Shown: one piece after another, positions 50,076 through 61,184 of the stretch
Layout of the letters: the number at the start of each line of letters is the position of its first letter
How positions within the stretch are numbered: the stretch's first letter is position 1
NCBI GenBank assembly: GCA_019057385.1
Contig: JAHQJS010000008.1
Span: 140,286-204,285, forward strand
Direction: 5' to 3'
DNA from: Candidatus Borrarchaeum weybense
GTDB taxonomy: Archaea; Asgardarchaeota; Sifarchaeia; Borrarchaeales; Borrarchaeaceae
Length of the DNA: 64,000 bases
The notes under the pieces: generated by a model
What the model saw: the letters and a program-made list of their open reading frames with translations, nothing else
Databases searched by the model: none
Told to the model about the DNA's origin: nothing
Translations under genes and position numbers: made by a program

Positions 50076-52151
50076 ATGCGGATATTAACAAAAAAAAAGA
50101 CAATCTTTCTCTTCTTGTTAGTCATTTTGTTTACAATATCGATATTTTCAACACATCTCTCAGATGCTTCTGCTAGAATAACTGATTTACGTGTAATTAA
50201 ACCAAAAAAAGTTCATATGGGCAATCGTCTAAAGATTGAAGGAAGTGTACAATATCTTGGAACTGGTCTTCGTTCTTTTTATGTCTCACTCATGGTAAAT
50301 GAGACTCAAAATCAAACTGAAAAGATTTCAGTAGCGAATTTTCAAACAATAAATGTCTCATTCTTTTGGACACCTGAACGAAATGGAGTATATACAATTT
50401 CTTTGAGACTGTATAAATCGCCTTCTTCATTTGAGGAAAGCATCCCTCTCAATATTCATGTTGATTCTATCTCAGGTTATCAGAAATATACTATGGCACT
50501 TTACCACTTCAATGTTCAATATGTTCCAGGATCTACCACGATTGAAAATCGTATTATTGAGAAATCGTTTTACCCGCTCCTTAAAATGTATGAGCACCAT
50601 AGCACGTGGAGATGTAATATTGAACTAAGTGGCTACATGCTCGAAATTTTATATCACAAATACCCTCAATTATTAGATCTTCTAAAGAACCTGGTGAATG
50701 AAGGACAAATAGAACTTATAGTGAGTCATTACTCTGAGCAGTTGTTAGTAGCGTATCCACGAACAGATATGGCAAAATCAATAGAAATTTCAGACACAAT
50801 ACTTGATTCTTCAGATCTCGTTCGTTCTGGAGTATTTTTTGCACAAGAGAGCCAGTGGACACCTGGATATGCTGGATTGCTTAATACCTATGATTACAAC
50901 ACCGTAGTTGTATCGAGCGATCCATGGTATTATTATCTTCCGAATAGAATGAAAATGAACTCACCACTTTTTTATTTAGAGGATAACTCGTCACAGTCTC
51001 TTGGTTCTGATAAACGACTGTTAAATGTGCTTCTTCACAAAAAGGATGGAAATGTTAATGGTATAGATTACCACTGGGCTTATGCCTCTGATGGAGAAAC
51101 TGCTAATACCTTCGCTTATCAGAACAATTTTCGATACGATTCTCAAAAAGAACAAAATCACGAACAAAAATTGAGAAAAATTGCAACAGAATATCATTTT
51201 GTTTTTATCAGCGAATTTGTTGCCATGTTACGAGAAAAGAACGTTGAACGAGAAAAAATCCCAGTCATCCCAGAAGCAACTTGGAAAATGAGGAAAAGTG
51301 AAGGGGTTTGGCTATGGATGGGTAATAATAGCGCTCGTTATGAAGATGATGCCTTTATTCGAGCATATACGTATCGAGCACGACAAAAAGCGCTCGTAGC
51401 CGAATCATTACTTAAGATAACGAGAGCAAAGGGAATAGATGTCTCAGACGAAGAGCGAATGCTTCTCAACATCTGGAAGCAAATCTTACTTGCAGAGGTA
51501 TCAGATTCAACAGGATGGTTTCCATGGGAGATTGAAGTTAAAGAATCTGTTCGTCTGACAGATTTAGCACTAGAATCTCTGGATAATGTAATTGCGGAAT
51601 TGAAAATGAAATTAGGATATCAAGATAGTCTGTTAAAGGTAGATCCTTCTAAGAACACCATTTCAAAGGTTTCATCAATAAACAAACCTGTACTCGTTCC
51701 TACGCCTCCATTACATATAACTGTGAAAGGCGGTCCTTATCAAATTAATTATACTAAGGGAGAATTTGGTGTAACACTCAATATCAAGATGTTTCTTGAA
51801 AAGAAAAGCACAGTTGAAATCAGATTTCCTGCCGAAAATAGCATCATGTATTCTCCTAGTCTGGCAGAGAACACATTAATCACTTTAAATCCGTCAGATA
51901 TCCATGAAAATCCATATCTACCGCTTTCTAACGGTTTAGTGATAATTAATGGCAGTAAAGCCATTATAAAACATTGTGCCGAACGTCATATGGCAATGCA
52001 ATGGAATCGCGGCAAATATATCGTCTTTAAAGAAATAGCTGCCAGTGGGAATCTTACGTACTCCTTTACTTTTGTGGAGGCTACCGTTTATCACTTTACT
52101 TTCGTTGATATAGCAAATTCAATTAATGTCTATCCTGTATTGGTTATTTAG
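50076..52151 (+). CDS. GH57-like glycoside hydrolase, tandem copy 2
   Basis: Same length (691 aa) and motifs as copy 1. Confidence 0.72.
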   Translation: MRILTKKKTIFLFLLVILFTISIFSTHLSDASARITDLRVIKPKKVHMGNRLKIEGSVQYLGTGLRSFYVSLMVNETQNQTEKISVANFQTINVSFFWTPERNGVYTISLRLYKSPSSFEESIPLNIHVDSISGYQKYTMALYHFNVQYVPGSTTIENRIIEKSFYPLLKMYEHHSTWRCNIELSGYMLEILYHKYPQLLDLLKNLVNEGQIELIVSHYSEQLLVAYPRTDMAKSIEISDTILDSSDLVRSGVFFAQESQWTPGYAGLLNTYDYNTVVVSSDPWYYYLPNRMKMNSPLFYLEDNSSQSLGSDKRLLNVLLHKKDGNVNGIDYHWAYASDGETANTFAYQNNFRYDSQKEQNHEQKLRKIATEYHFVFISEFVAMLREKNVEREKIPVIPEATWKMRKSEGVWLWMGNNSARYEDDAFIRAYTYRARQKALVAESLLKITRAKGIDVSDEERMLLNIWKQILLAEVSDSTGWFPWEIEVKESVRLTDLALESLDNVIAELKMKLGYQDSLLKVDPSKNTISKVSSINKPVLVPTPPLHITVKGGPYQINYTKGEFGVTLNIKMFLEKKSTVEIRFPAENSIMYSPSLAENTLITLNPSDIHENPYLPLSNGLVIINGSKAIIKHCAERHMAMQWNRGKYIVFKEIAASGNLTYSFTFVEATVYHFTFVDIANSINVYPVLVI

Positions 52152-52353
52152 CTTGTTTTTTCCAAAAACCGCATCGTGGACATCTCTGAATGCCATGAGA
52201 GCTTAGTATATTCATCTGATACCCACATCTAGGACATGAGAGCCCATCATTCATTCGTTTGGATAAATCTTCCAATACTTCCACCGCGCGCGGGTAATAC
52301 ATGGATGTTACGGGTTGTTTACATTTATAAATATTTGCTTCGCGCGTATCCAA
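52144..52353 (-). CDS. Small Zn-ribbon protein (start possibly ATG 52302)
   Basis: CPRCG...CPRCG. Confidence 0.6.
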   Translation of the reverse strand: MDTREANIYKCKQPVTSMYYPRAVEVLEDLSKRMNDGLSCPRCGYQMNILSSHGIQRCPRCGFWKKQAK

Positions 52354-52461
52354 TTAGACGAAAAAATCTATATTATTTTCAAATATCTGTGTAAATAGTA
52401 CTATATTTTTAATATCTATCATCTCACTGAAAACCTACATTGGTGTTTCAACTATTTTGAA

Positions 52462-53163
52462 ATGAGAAAAAGTGGAGGTAATTTCTTGATTATTGAGAGT
52501 ATTGAACGTCCGTCCAAAGATATAATCAATGGATTATCAAAATATCCAACGGCTTTATTATCTGATGCAATGGAAAAAAGTCAGGCTATGCATAGTGAGA
52601 TTAAACCTGTTATACCGATAGAAAAGGTTGTTGGTCCTGCTATTACAGCAAGGACAATGGTCGCTGACTATTTGACGCCTGTTGCAGCTATTGATTATGC
52701 TGAACCGGGTGATGTACTTGTTATCGATGTCCGAGGCCATCGCGATACAGCGATCTGGGGTGGGTTGGCTTCAACTTCTTGTAAATCCAGAGGAATCGTT
52801 GCTGTAATCATCGATGGTGCTATAAGAGATGTAGCTGAAATAAGAAAAATTCAATTTCCTGTATTTGCTCGTGCTGTAACTCCAAATGCTGGTGATTGTT
52901 CCGTACTTGGAGATATTAATGTTCCAATTCAATGCGGCGGAGTATTAGTAAATCCAGGTGATATTGTCGTAGCTGATACTGACGGAGTCGTAATAGTGCC
53001 AGCAAATAGAGCCGTTCAAGTTCTTGAAAAAGTGAAAAAGCAAGAAGAAATCGAGGAAAAGATTCGGCAGTTAATGTCACAGGGTCTTTCCTGCTATGAG
53101 GCATTAAAAGATGTATGTGGAGGATTTACAATAACTGTAGGGAAAGATGTGGAAATTCCCTAA
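52462..53163 (+). CDS. RraA/HMG-aldolase family protein
   Basis: LSDAM, GPA.T, PGDVLVID, AIWGGL, IDGAIRD, V.PGDIV.AD.DGVV. Confidence 0.9.
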   Translation: MRKSGGNFLIIESIERPSKDIINGLSKYPTALLSDAMEKSQAMHSEIKPVIPIEKVVGPAITARTMVADYLTPVAAIDYAEPGDVLVIDVRGHRDTAIWGGLASTSCKSRGIVAVIIDGAIRDVAEIRKIQFPVFARAVTPNAGDCSVLGDINVPIQCGGVLVNPGDIVVADTDGVVIVPANRAVQVLEKVKKQEEIEEKIRQLMSQGLSCYEALKDVCGGFTITVGKDVEIP

Positions 53164-53186
53164 CAAATATTGAAATTTGTGCGTAA

Positions 53187-54413
53187 TTAGACATGTCCGC
53201 GTCCAAGACGTTCATGTGCGCCAGTCAGATGAAGTGCAGACTGTGCCGATAACAAACTTATATCTCCAGCCAGTGCCGCTGCCGCGACAATCTCTGCAAA
53301 CCTTTTTCCCATTGCTCCTGGTGGATCACCGGGACCTTGACATCCTATTATAGCAAGTGCCTCACTTTGAGTTGGTAACCCTGTACCTCCACCAAATGTT
53401 CCGGTCTCAAGGGAGGGTATGGTAACAGCTATATATAGATCCCCGTCTTCTGTCACCTCTGGAGTGACAATAGACATGCTTGAATCTGTTATATGCGCTG
53501 CATCCTGACCTGTAGCTAAGAAGATGGCTGCAATAATATTCGCCACATGAGCATTAAATCCTAAAGTTAATGCCTGTGCTCCGCCTAAAAATAATTTTCG
53601 ATAGGCAAGTTCTGCTATACTTTCAGGAGTGGTTTTTAATACATCTTTTACGACTTCTTTCTTCAGGATAACCTCTGAAATCACAGTTTTACCGCGTCCT
53701 AGTATCCAATTAATTGCGCTAGGTTTCTTATCTACACACACATTACCTGATTCACTGATTAATTTTGCATAGGGCTGTTCTTGTGTTATGAAATCGCAAG
53801 CAAATCGAGCACCTCTTGTTACAGTATTCATACCCATTGCGTCATAAGTATTGGCACGAAAACGAAGGAAGACAGTTCTTCCAACTATCCAAGGTTCGAT
53901 ATTTATCAAGTTTAGGAATGGATCAGTATCATCAAAAACCTTGACAATTTCTTGATGATTTTCGCGTACCCAGCTTATAAGTTTATAAGCATGTTCTAAG
54001 TCAGGAACTTTCAAAGCAGGTGCGCGAGTAATTCCATCTCTAATAATTTTAGATTTTGCCCCGCCACTTCGCGTAATAGCAGTACAACCTCTATTCGTAC
54101 TCGCTACGAGTGTACCTTCAGTAGTGGCAAGAGGTATATAAACTTCTTCATCAATATAATCGCCAGTGACTTTAAGAGGACCTGCGATGCCAATCGGAAT
54201 TTGTGCACAACCTATGGAATTTTCTATATTTCTTTTTGCAGTTAAATTCATGTCCATAGAGTAGTTTCCGATATTCTTAAGCGATATGTCTCTCATCTTT
54301 TCTAAAACTTTCCTTCTGATTTCTGAAGCTATATTAACGTCATTTCCAACGTGTTCTTCAATCCTGTAAAACTTGATTTCTCCTTTGATTACTTTATTAA
54401 CAATTTCATCCAT
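53187..54413 (-). CDS. hmgA: Hydroxymethylglutaryl-CoA reductase (class I, NADPH)
   Basis: NIEN.IG, PLATTEG.LVAS..RG, DAMGMN, DKKPS, ATGQDAAH, GT.GGGT. Confidence 0.96.
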   Translation of the reverse strand: MDEIVNKVIKGEIKFYRIEEHVGNDVNIASEIRRKVLEKMRDISLKNIGNYSMDMNLTAKRNIENSIGCAQIPIGIAGPLKVTGDYIDEEVYIPLATTEGTLVASTNRGCTAITRSGGAKSKIIRDGITRAPALKVPDLEHAYKLISWVRENHQEIVKVFDDTDPFLNLINIEPWIVGRTVFLRFRANTYDAMGMNTVTRGARFACDFITQEQPYAKLISESGNVCVDKKPSAINWILGRGKTVISEVILKKEVVKDVLKTTPESIAELAYRKLFLGGAQALTLGFNAHVANIIAAIFLATGQDAAHITDSSMSIVTPEVTEDGDLYIAVTIPSLETGTFGGGTGLPTQSEALAIIGCQGPGDPPGAMGKRFAEIVAAAALAGDISLLSAQSALHLTGAHERLGRGHV

Positions 54414-54685
54414 TTTTTTCCCCTCAAAAGCGTCTAGACTAGAAATAGTCGTCTTAGGGATATAATTGGTAGATTATTCCAACCTTATAAACTTGTTTCA
54501 TTTCTCATTAGCAATAAATCACATGCAAACTTATCTCATGTCATCGAAAAACTAATCATATTAAACTTAATGATTAATTGCGTCAAATGCGGATTTCATG
54601 CAACATTATAAATGATACAAAAAAGTGTTATAGTGTAAAAACAGAACAAAAGCTTAAGGACAAAAACAGTTAGAGGAAGAAAAAT

Positions 54686-55183
54686 ATGAACAAAACCAAA
54701 CAAGCATATGATCTTGGATTTAAATACGAAAAAGAATATTATGGCTGTTCCCAATGCGTGTTATTAGCGATTCAAGATACTTTTAATTTAGAAAATGAGA
54801 CGGTCTTTAAATCTGCTTCTGGCCTTGCTGCAGGGATTGGCTTGCTGGGATCGGTTTGCGGTGCATTAACAGGTGGCGTAATGGCATTAAGTTTAAAATA
54901 TGGTCGTGATTTACAAGCTTTCAAGGCAGGTGATCCAGAAGGTAAACGTCTCAAGGCTTATGAAAAAGCAAGAAAGTTGTATAAACGCTTTGAAGATGAA
55001 TATGGAAGTGTTATCTGCAAAGATATTCAAAAGAAAATTTTTGGTCGTTCTTATAATTTGAATGATCCGCAAGATTTTAAAGAATTCGAAGAGGCTGGCG
55101 CGCATGTTGATAAATGTCCTGGTGTTGTTGGAAGAGTTGCGCAATGGGTTGCAGAAATAATACTCAAAGATAATGAAAAATAA
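54686..55183 (+). CDS. C_GCAxxG_C_C family putative redox protein
   Basis: GCSQCVL, VCGALTGG, GSVICKD, KC. Confidence 0.9.
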   Translation: MNKTKQAYDLGFKYEKEYYGCSQCVLLAIQDTFNLENETVFKSASGLAAGIGLLGSVCGALTGGVMALSLKYGRDLQAFKAGDPEGKRLKAYEKARKLYKRFEDEYGSVICKDIQKKIFGRSYNLNDPQDFKEFEEAGAHVDKCPGVVGRVAQWVAEIILKDNEK

Positions 55184-55226
55184 TTTCTCGAAAAAGGATT
55201 AACAGCCTATTGCCATAATTGAGGGA

Positions 55227-55631
55227 TTGACAATGAGTTTTTTTAAAATGATTACAACAGAGATTGATGTTTTGTTGACCACCGTACGAACCATAGAGCA
55301 AGGTAAAAGTGCTGATTCCGATAAAGAAAGCAAAAAATACTTCGATGAAGCCGCAATCGTGTTGTTACACACAGAAGATATGAAAAAATTAAGTGTAGAA
55401 AATAATAAACCTGTTAAGATACGTACGAAATATGGTGAAGTAGTTGTGAAAGTAAAAGAGTCAGAAGAAACTAAGGAAGGCATCGCATTAATTCCTGTTG
55501 GTCTTTGGGCTAATATGACGATGGGAAATTCAGTTCAAAGTAATGGAATTCCTCTTTTGAAGAATATTCCTGCAACGATCGAATCGACGGATGAATCACC
55601 AGAGGATATACAGCATCTCACAAGCATATGA
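55227..55631 (+). CDS. fwdD: Formylmethanofuran dehydrogenase subunit D
   Basis: T.RTIEQG, YGEVVV, G...IP.G.WAN, G.P..K. Confidence 0.85.
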   Translation: MTMSFFKMITTEIDVLLTTVRTIEQGKSADSDKESKKYFDEAAIVLLHTEDMKKLSVENNKPVKIRTKYGEVVVKVKESEETKEGIALIPVGLWANMTMGNSVQSNGIPLLKNIPATIESTDESPEDIQHLTSI

Positions 55632-55835
55632 GCTACCTCGTGCTAAAGCATCGCGGCTTCCTGCTTCAACGACAGACGCGATCCCCTTGCGGGTTACGGA
55701 GGTCTTATCTCCACAGGCGTAAATTCCCTACGCCCCGTAGGTACTCATCAAGAGTATGACCTATACACTATATAAACACAACTACAGCAATTCATCACCA
55801 CGCTGAAGCTGTGGTGCTTTCTTGCTTTTCTTCAT
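55628..55835 (-). mobile_element. ORF-less IS605-derived element M (family 2) inserted between fwdD and fwdA
   Basis: Homologous to H and E; TTAC upstream of the left end; right end supplies the fwdD TGA. Confidence 0.88.
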
Positions 55836-55864
55836 GTAAAAGCCCCGAAGGTAGGTACACTGAC

Positions 55865-57535
55865 ATGGCAGATTCTATATTAATTAAGAACGGATATGTT
55901 TATGATCCTATTAATAATATCAATGGAGAAACTTTAGATATTTCAATTAAAGATAGGAAAATTGTAGAAAAAGCATCTGCAAACGCTGAAGTCATAGACG
56001 CATCGAATATGATTGTCATGCCCGGTGCGATAGATATTCATACGCATATAAGTTCTCAAACTGTAAATTTTGGACGAATGTTTACAAAGCCACCTTCACA
56101 GCCTCTTTATACAACCTCTCAGATTGGTCATGAATATATTAAACAAGGGTATACGCTATTCATTGAGGCTGCAGTTGCTGCTCACTTGGCAAGGCACACA
56201 CATTTAGAATTTCAAGATATCCCTTTTGTTGATAAGGCATTTTTAGTTCTTGTTGGCTCAGATTCTCACGTGATGAATTTTCTAAAAAAGGACAGAATCG
56301 AAGAGTGTGCCGCTTATCTTTCTTGGCTTCTTAAATCAGTTAAAGGATATGGATTAAAGTTAGCAAATCCTGGCGGGGCCGAAATGTGGGCTTGGGGAAA
56401 AGACACAGATTCGCTCGAAAAACAAATTTTAGGCTATGAATTAAATCCACTTGATATTGTTACAGGTCTTGTAAAAGTCAATGAATTGCTAAATTTGCCA
56501 CATTCTATACATATTCATCCAAACCAGGCAGGGCGTCCTGGTAATATTGATACAACAATACAAACGTTGGAATCTATTCAAAATATTGAAAAAAGTAGTC
56601 AGGTAAGCAGAAATCAATTAATTCATCTTGCTCATGCTCAACTTCACAGTTACGGAGGCCAGGACTGGGAAAATTTTGAATCAAAAAGCCAAACTATAGT
56701 AGATTATATGAATACACATGAACAGGTTGAACTTGATATTGGCCAAATTACGTTTCATACATCAACTGCTATTTTTCCAGATGGAAATTATGCCTATTAT
56801 CTTGCAAAAATGGCAAATAATCGATGGATAAGCCATAATATCGAGTTACAAGGGGGTTTTGGAGCAATTACCCTTAATTTCTCTCCTGAACACTATATTG
56901 ATGCCATAAAATGGACCATAGGACTTGAAATTGCGTTGCAAGTGACTAACCCTTGGCAGGTTCAATTATCAACAGATCATCCTAATATGGGTCTAGTGAC
57001 TGATTATCCGAAGGTTATTAGTTGGCTGATAAGTAAACTCGCTAGAGATGAGATAGTCGACACGCTTCATCCTGATGTTCAGACTAATGCGATACTCCCA
57101 CACCTTGAACGTGAATATTCACTTCTTGAAATTGCTATAATCACTCGTGCTAGCCAAACGAAGTCATTAGGTCTCGACATACAAAGAGGTCACTTAGGAA
57201 TCGGTGCCCTTGCTGATGTAGTTGTATATAATTTTGATCCAAAAGCCAATGATCCCTCTAAGGAGTACAAATTATTAGAAAAGGCGTTTTCACATGCCGA
57301 ATATGTTATAAAACGCGGCAACCCAATCATAAAAAAGAAAATAATAGATCCAAATGTTTTCACAGGATCAACGCTCTGGGTGGATGCAAAGGTTAATGAA
57401 GACTTAGGAAACATGACGTTAGAAAACCTGGAGAGTAAATTAGAGCGTTATTCTTCAATAAATACACCCAATTTGTACGTGGATTCTTCCTACCTCAAGA
57501 ACTCGGAAAAAATAATGATACAGAGCAACCTATAA
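55865..57535 (+). CDS. fwdA: Formylmethanofuran dehydrogenase subunit A
   Basis: IKNG.VYDP.N, DIHTHI, GYGLK..NPGG, LPHSIH.H, STDHPN; ATG 55865 preferred because the longer ORF start lies in element M. Confidence 0.92.
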   Translation: MADSILIKNGYVYDPINNINGETLDISIKDRKIVEKASANAEVIDASNMIVMPGAIDIHTHISSQTVNFGRMFTKPPSQPLYTTSQIGHEYIKQGYTLFIEAAVAAHLARHTHLEFQDIPFVDKAFLVLVGSDSHVMNFLKKDRIEECAAYLSWLLKSVKGYGLKLANPGGAEMWAWGKDTDSLEKQILGYELNPLDIVTGLVKVNELLNLPHSIHIHPNQAGRPGNIDTTIQTLESIQNIEKSSQVSRNQLIHLAHAQLHSYGGQDWENFESKSQTIVDYMNTHEQVELDIGQITFHTSTAIFPDGNYAYYLAKMANNRWISHNIELQGGFGAITLNFSPEHYIDAIKWTIGLEIALQVTNPWQVQLSTDHPNMGLVTDYPKVISWLISKLARDEIVDTLHPDVQTNAILPHLEREYSLLEIAIITRASQTKSLGLDIQRGHLGIGALADVVVYNFDPKANDPSKEYKLLEKAFSHAEYVIKRGNPIIKKKIIDPNVFTGSTLWVDAKVNEDLGNMTLENLESKLERYSSINTPNLYVDSSYLKNSEKIMIQSNL

Positions 57536-57571
57536 CTGATATTTATATCTATGATCTTAAAACTGCATTTC

Positions 57572-58504
57572 TTAGTCTTTTTCATTTTTTAACTTCTTTT
57601 TACTCCTTAAAAACGAATTTAGTGCTTTTTCTGTGTCTCCCTTTTCGGTTAAATGACGTATTTTAATGCCTTTCCTGCTTTGCAAATGCTTCTCTATCTC
57701 TTCAATTTTCTCTTTTAACAACTTTTTACATTCTTTTGGTATTTCTGGTATTTCTTCTGGCGGTTTTTTAACTAATGGCTTTTCTTCTTTCTCGTATTCA
57801 ATTATCCGTGATAAATCAATCTCTTTTGCCTTTCCTATTAACTTCTCAAAGGCCTCTTTCCAAGCATTCATCCATGGCACATCTGGTATCTCCGTATACT
57901 TCACTTTGGTTCGTTTTACTTCAATCAGTTTTTCAGGACAAGCATTGACACACGCGCCACAGAAGGTACAATCCTCTTCCCTTACGCGTATCTTGTCTCC
58001 TGTCTTTTCTTCGATGTCTTTTGGGATGTACCAGCACGATTCGTCCACCGGACAGATATTAATACACGCTTTACATGCCGATGGATCACATTTTTCAAGA
58101 TTATATACCGCTATAGTGCCCTCAAGGAATTTGGAGTCTTTCATCACTTTGGGATAATCTAAGTCATCAATAGTTTCTTCATCGAACTTACATTCAAGAG
58201 CGTCTTCAGGACAGATTATCGCACATAAACCACAGAACACACATTTATCTTGGTCGATCATGATTAGGGGAACGGTTCCTCTCTCAAACTCTCCCGTAGC
58301 TACCTCTACTACAGGCCCCATCTCTATGGCGTCGACTGGACAAACAATCTTACATAATTCACAGCCTATGCATTTTTCAATTTTTAGCTCTAGATTTTTG
58401 GTTTTCTTCTTATCGTCAGTCCGTAGATGTTTCCATTTGTATTCCATTTCTTCTTCTGTTACATCCATATCAATTTCTGGTGAATCTGTGCCCATAAATA
58501 TCAC
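57572..58504 (-). CDS. Polyferredoxin (FwdF-like), four 4Fe-4S motifs
   Basis: CIGCELC...CP, CVFCGLC...CP, C...CKAC...CP, CTFCGAC...CP. Confidence 0.8.
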   Translation of the reverse strand: MIFMGTDSPEIDMDVTEEEMEYKWKHLRTDDKKKTKNLELKIEKCIGCELCKIVCPVDAIEMGPVVEVATGEFERGTVPLIMIDQDKCVFCGLCAIICPEDALECKFDEETIDDLDYPKVMKDSKFLEGTIAVYNLEKCDPSACKACINICPVDESCWYIPKDIEEKTGDKIRVREEDCTFCGACVNACPEKLIEVKRTKVKYTEIPDVPWMNAWKEAFEKLIGKAKEIDLSRIIEYEKEEKPLVKKPPEEIPEIPKECKKLLKEKIEEIEKHLQSRKGIKIRHLTEKGDTEKALNSFLRSKKKLKNEKD

Positions 58505-60867
58505 CTAATTCTCGTTTCTGTCACTAATTCGGCGCCAACTGGCTTAAATTGCTCAATTTCATCTACAAACTCTCTTATTAATTTTGAGAGTTTTTTGCCT
58601 TCACTTGCAGATACGCTCACAATTTTCACGCGTTTTGAATTTATACCTACTACTTCTAAAATTTCTTTAAGCGCATTAATTCGTCTTTCGGCTTTCATAA
58701 AGCCAGTGTTATAATGACAATCTCCAGGATAACATCCCATAATGAGAACTCCATCTGAACCTTTTTTTAGGGCTTCTAAAACGAAAACTGGGCTTACTCT
58801 TGCCGAACACATCACCTTTATGATTCGAATATTGGTTGGATAATTTGTTCTTGAGATTCCAGCGTTATCCGCGGCTGCGTAGGCGCACCAGTTGCATAGG
58901 AAACCAACTATCAGAGGAAATTCACTTTTATTTTCAAGAGCCGCATCAACCTGAGCGAGTATTTGTTGATCAGTGAAGTTTCTTATCTGAAGTGCCCCTG
59001 TTGCACAGGCAGCGGCGCATGCACCACATCCTCTGCAAGCAACTTCGTCAACTTCAATACTTTTATCTGAATTCACTTTTATTGCACCATAGTCACAGAC
59101 ATGTTCACAGATTTTACAAGCAAAACACAAATCCGGATCTATAACTGGCACAAATGGATCTAATTCTACTTCTCCTTGGGATAAAGTTGTTGCTTTAAGT
59201 GCTGCTGCGCTTGCTTGTGTTGTTGAACTTTCTATAGATTTTGGAGAATGGGCACATCCGACTACATAAAAACCTGGTATTTGTGAGTCAATTGGTCGGA
59301 GTTTGGGATGTCCTTCTAAATAAAAACCATCTTCACTTCGAGGGATGCCAAGGATTGAACTCATTTTTTCAGCATCTTTTGGAGGAGTAAGTCCAACCGA
59401 TAAGACAACCATATCTGCCTCCACTTGAAGATGTTTTCCAATATCAGTATCATATACGTTTAATGTAAGTACCTTATTATTTGGTAGCTCTTGAATCTCA
59501 GAAGGTTGTCCACGAACAAATATGACTCCTTTTTCTCTCATAGTCTGATAAAATTCTTCATAGCGTTTTCCGAATGCCCTGATATCTATGTAGCAGATGT
59601 ATATCTTTACAGAGTCTCCTAAGCGCTCTATTATTGAATTTGTTTGTTTCAATGCATACATGCAGCAAACTTGTGAGCAATATTCATTCGTATTCTTGTC
59701 ACGTGAGCCCACACATTGTACAAAGACTACAGTTTTTGGGGGTTGACCATTGGAAGGTCGAATGATATCTCCTTCTGTGGGTCCAGAAGGACTAAGCATT
59801 CTTTCTAATTCTAAAGATGTTAAAACGTTGGAATATCTGCCATATCCCAATTCTGGGATTTTATGTGCATCAAAAGGCTCATAACCCGTGGCAACTATTA
59901 CCGCACCAACTTTCACATCGAAGGTCTTTGGTTTTTGGTCAAATCGGATCGCGTTCCTCTCGCAATAAGCTTCGCAATTACGACAGCCTATGCAACTGTC
60001 AGGATCAATTTTGTAGATAAATGGGACTGCTTGAGGAAATGGAATATATATAGCCTTCCGCAAACCTAACTTTAGATCAAATTCATTGGGGACTTCGACA
60101 GGACAATTTGGGACACAATCTCCACAGCCAGTACATTCGTCAGGATCCACATAAATGGGATTTCTTCTAATTTTCACGCTAAAATTCCCTATACCTCCCC
60201 TTACCTCCAATACCTCAGAGTTGGTATACAACTCAATATTTGGATGCTGGTAAACTTCAACCATTAGTGGGGCAAGAATACAGATCGAGCAATCATTAGT
60301 TGGAAAGACTTTATCGAACATTGCCATATGACCACCGATGGTCGGCTCTTTCTCGACTAAATGCACTTTATGTCCGAGATCCGCCAAATCCAACGCTGAT
60401 CGTATACCCGCGACGCCTCCTCCAATAATCAAAAACTCATTTTCAACGGGGATCTTGATGGCGCTGAAGGGTTGCAATAAGGTTGCTTTTGCGATGCCCA
60501 TCGCAACTAGATCAATAACTTTCTCCGTAGCACGGTCGGGGTCATGACTGTGAACCCATGAACCTTGTTCTCTAATATTTACTATTTCCAATAGATATGG
60601 ATTTAGTCCAGCTTCTTCTAGCGTCTTTCTGAAGAGAGATTCATGTAGATTTGGTGTACATGCCGCTATTACAATTCTGTCGAGTTGATTCTCAATAATT
60701 TCCTCTTGTATTAACTTCAGTCCAGGATCTGCACACAGAAATGTATCCGCTTTAATAAAGATGCCCATATTCGTGAAATGATCTACGACTTCCTTGATAT
60801 TAATGACCTCAGCTATATTCTTACCGCAATGACAAATGAACACTCCAACCTTTGGATCCGCTTTCAT
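58501..60867 (-). CDS. hdrA: Heterodisulfide reductase subunit A fused to MvhD
   Basis: GVFICHCG.NI, IREQ.SWVH, IGGGVAG, DKVFPT.DC, QCVGSRD; C-terminal FLCNWCAY, MCSARV, GC.PGDCHY. Confidence 0.95.
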   Translation of the reverse strand: MKADPKVGVFICHCGKNIAEVINIKEVVDHFTNMGIFIKADTFLCADPGLKLIQEEIIENQLDRIVIAACTPNLHESLFRKTLEEAGLNPYLLEIVNIREQGSWVHSHDPDRATEKVIDLVAMGIAKATLLQPFSAIKIPVENEFLIIGGGVAGIRSALDLADLGHKVHLVEKEPTIGGHMAMFDKVFPTNDCSICILAPLMVEVYQHPNIELYTNSEVLEVRGGIGNFSVKIRRNPIYVDPDECTGCGDCVPNCPVEVPNEFDLKLGLRKAIYIPFPQAVPFIYKIDPDSCIGCRNCEAYCERNAIRFDQKPKTFDVKVGAVIVATGYEPFDAHKIPELGYGRYSNVLTSLELERMLSPSGPTEGDIIRPSNGQPPKTVVFVQCVGSRDKNTNEYCSQVCCMYALKQTNSIIERLGDSVKIYICYIDIRAFGKRYEEFYQTMREKGVIFVRGQPSEIQELPNNKVLTLNVYDTDIGKHLQVEADMVVLSVGLTPPKDAEKMSSILGIPRSEDGFYLEGHPKLRPIDSQIPGFYVVGCAHSPKSIESSTTQASAAALKATTLSQGEVELDPFVPVIDPDLCFACKICEHVCDYGAIKVNSDKSIEVDEVACRGCGACAAACATGALQIRNFTDQQILAQVDAALENKSEFPLIVGFLCNWCAYAAADNAGISRTNYPTNIRIIKVMCSARVSPVFVLEALKKGSDGVLIMGCYPGDCHYNTGFMKAERRINALKEILEVVGINSKRVKIVSVSASEGKKLSKLIREFVDEIEQFKPVGAELVTETRIR

Positions 60868-61184
60868 ACTTAACCTCTCTTATAATGCCTTTTAGTCTTG
60901 ATGACGCTTTGTTAGCCATTCTTAGTGCACAATGGGTGATGTTTAATCATTATAGTAATTATTCTCGATTTCTCTTAGCCTTCAATCTTTAAATGACATT
61001 CGATTTTGGCACCTGAATGTTCGTTATAAATATTGCAAAATACTATGAGGATTATTTTCACTAATCTTTAAAATGACAGATGCATCTAAATTATAAAATT
61101 CTTATAGTGTTGCTTGAAAGGTAACTTTATTCAATACCCTTGCGGTGCATAAAGTGTCTACATAAATCCATTGAGGTAACAAGA

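Noticed and set aside
55811-55864. N-terminal extension of FwdA in the ORF track
   Set aside because: Start lies in the left end of element M; ATG 55865 matches the family N-terminus
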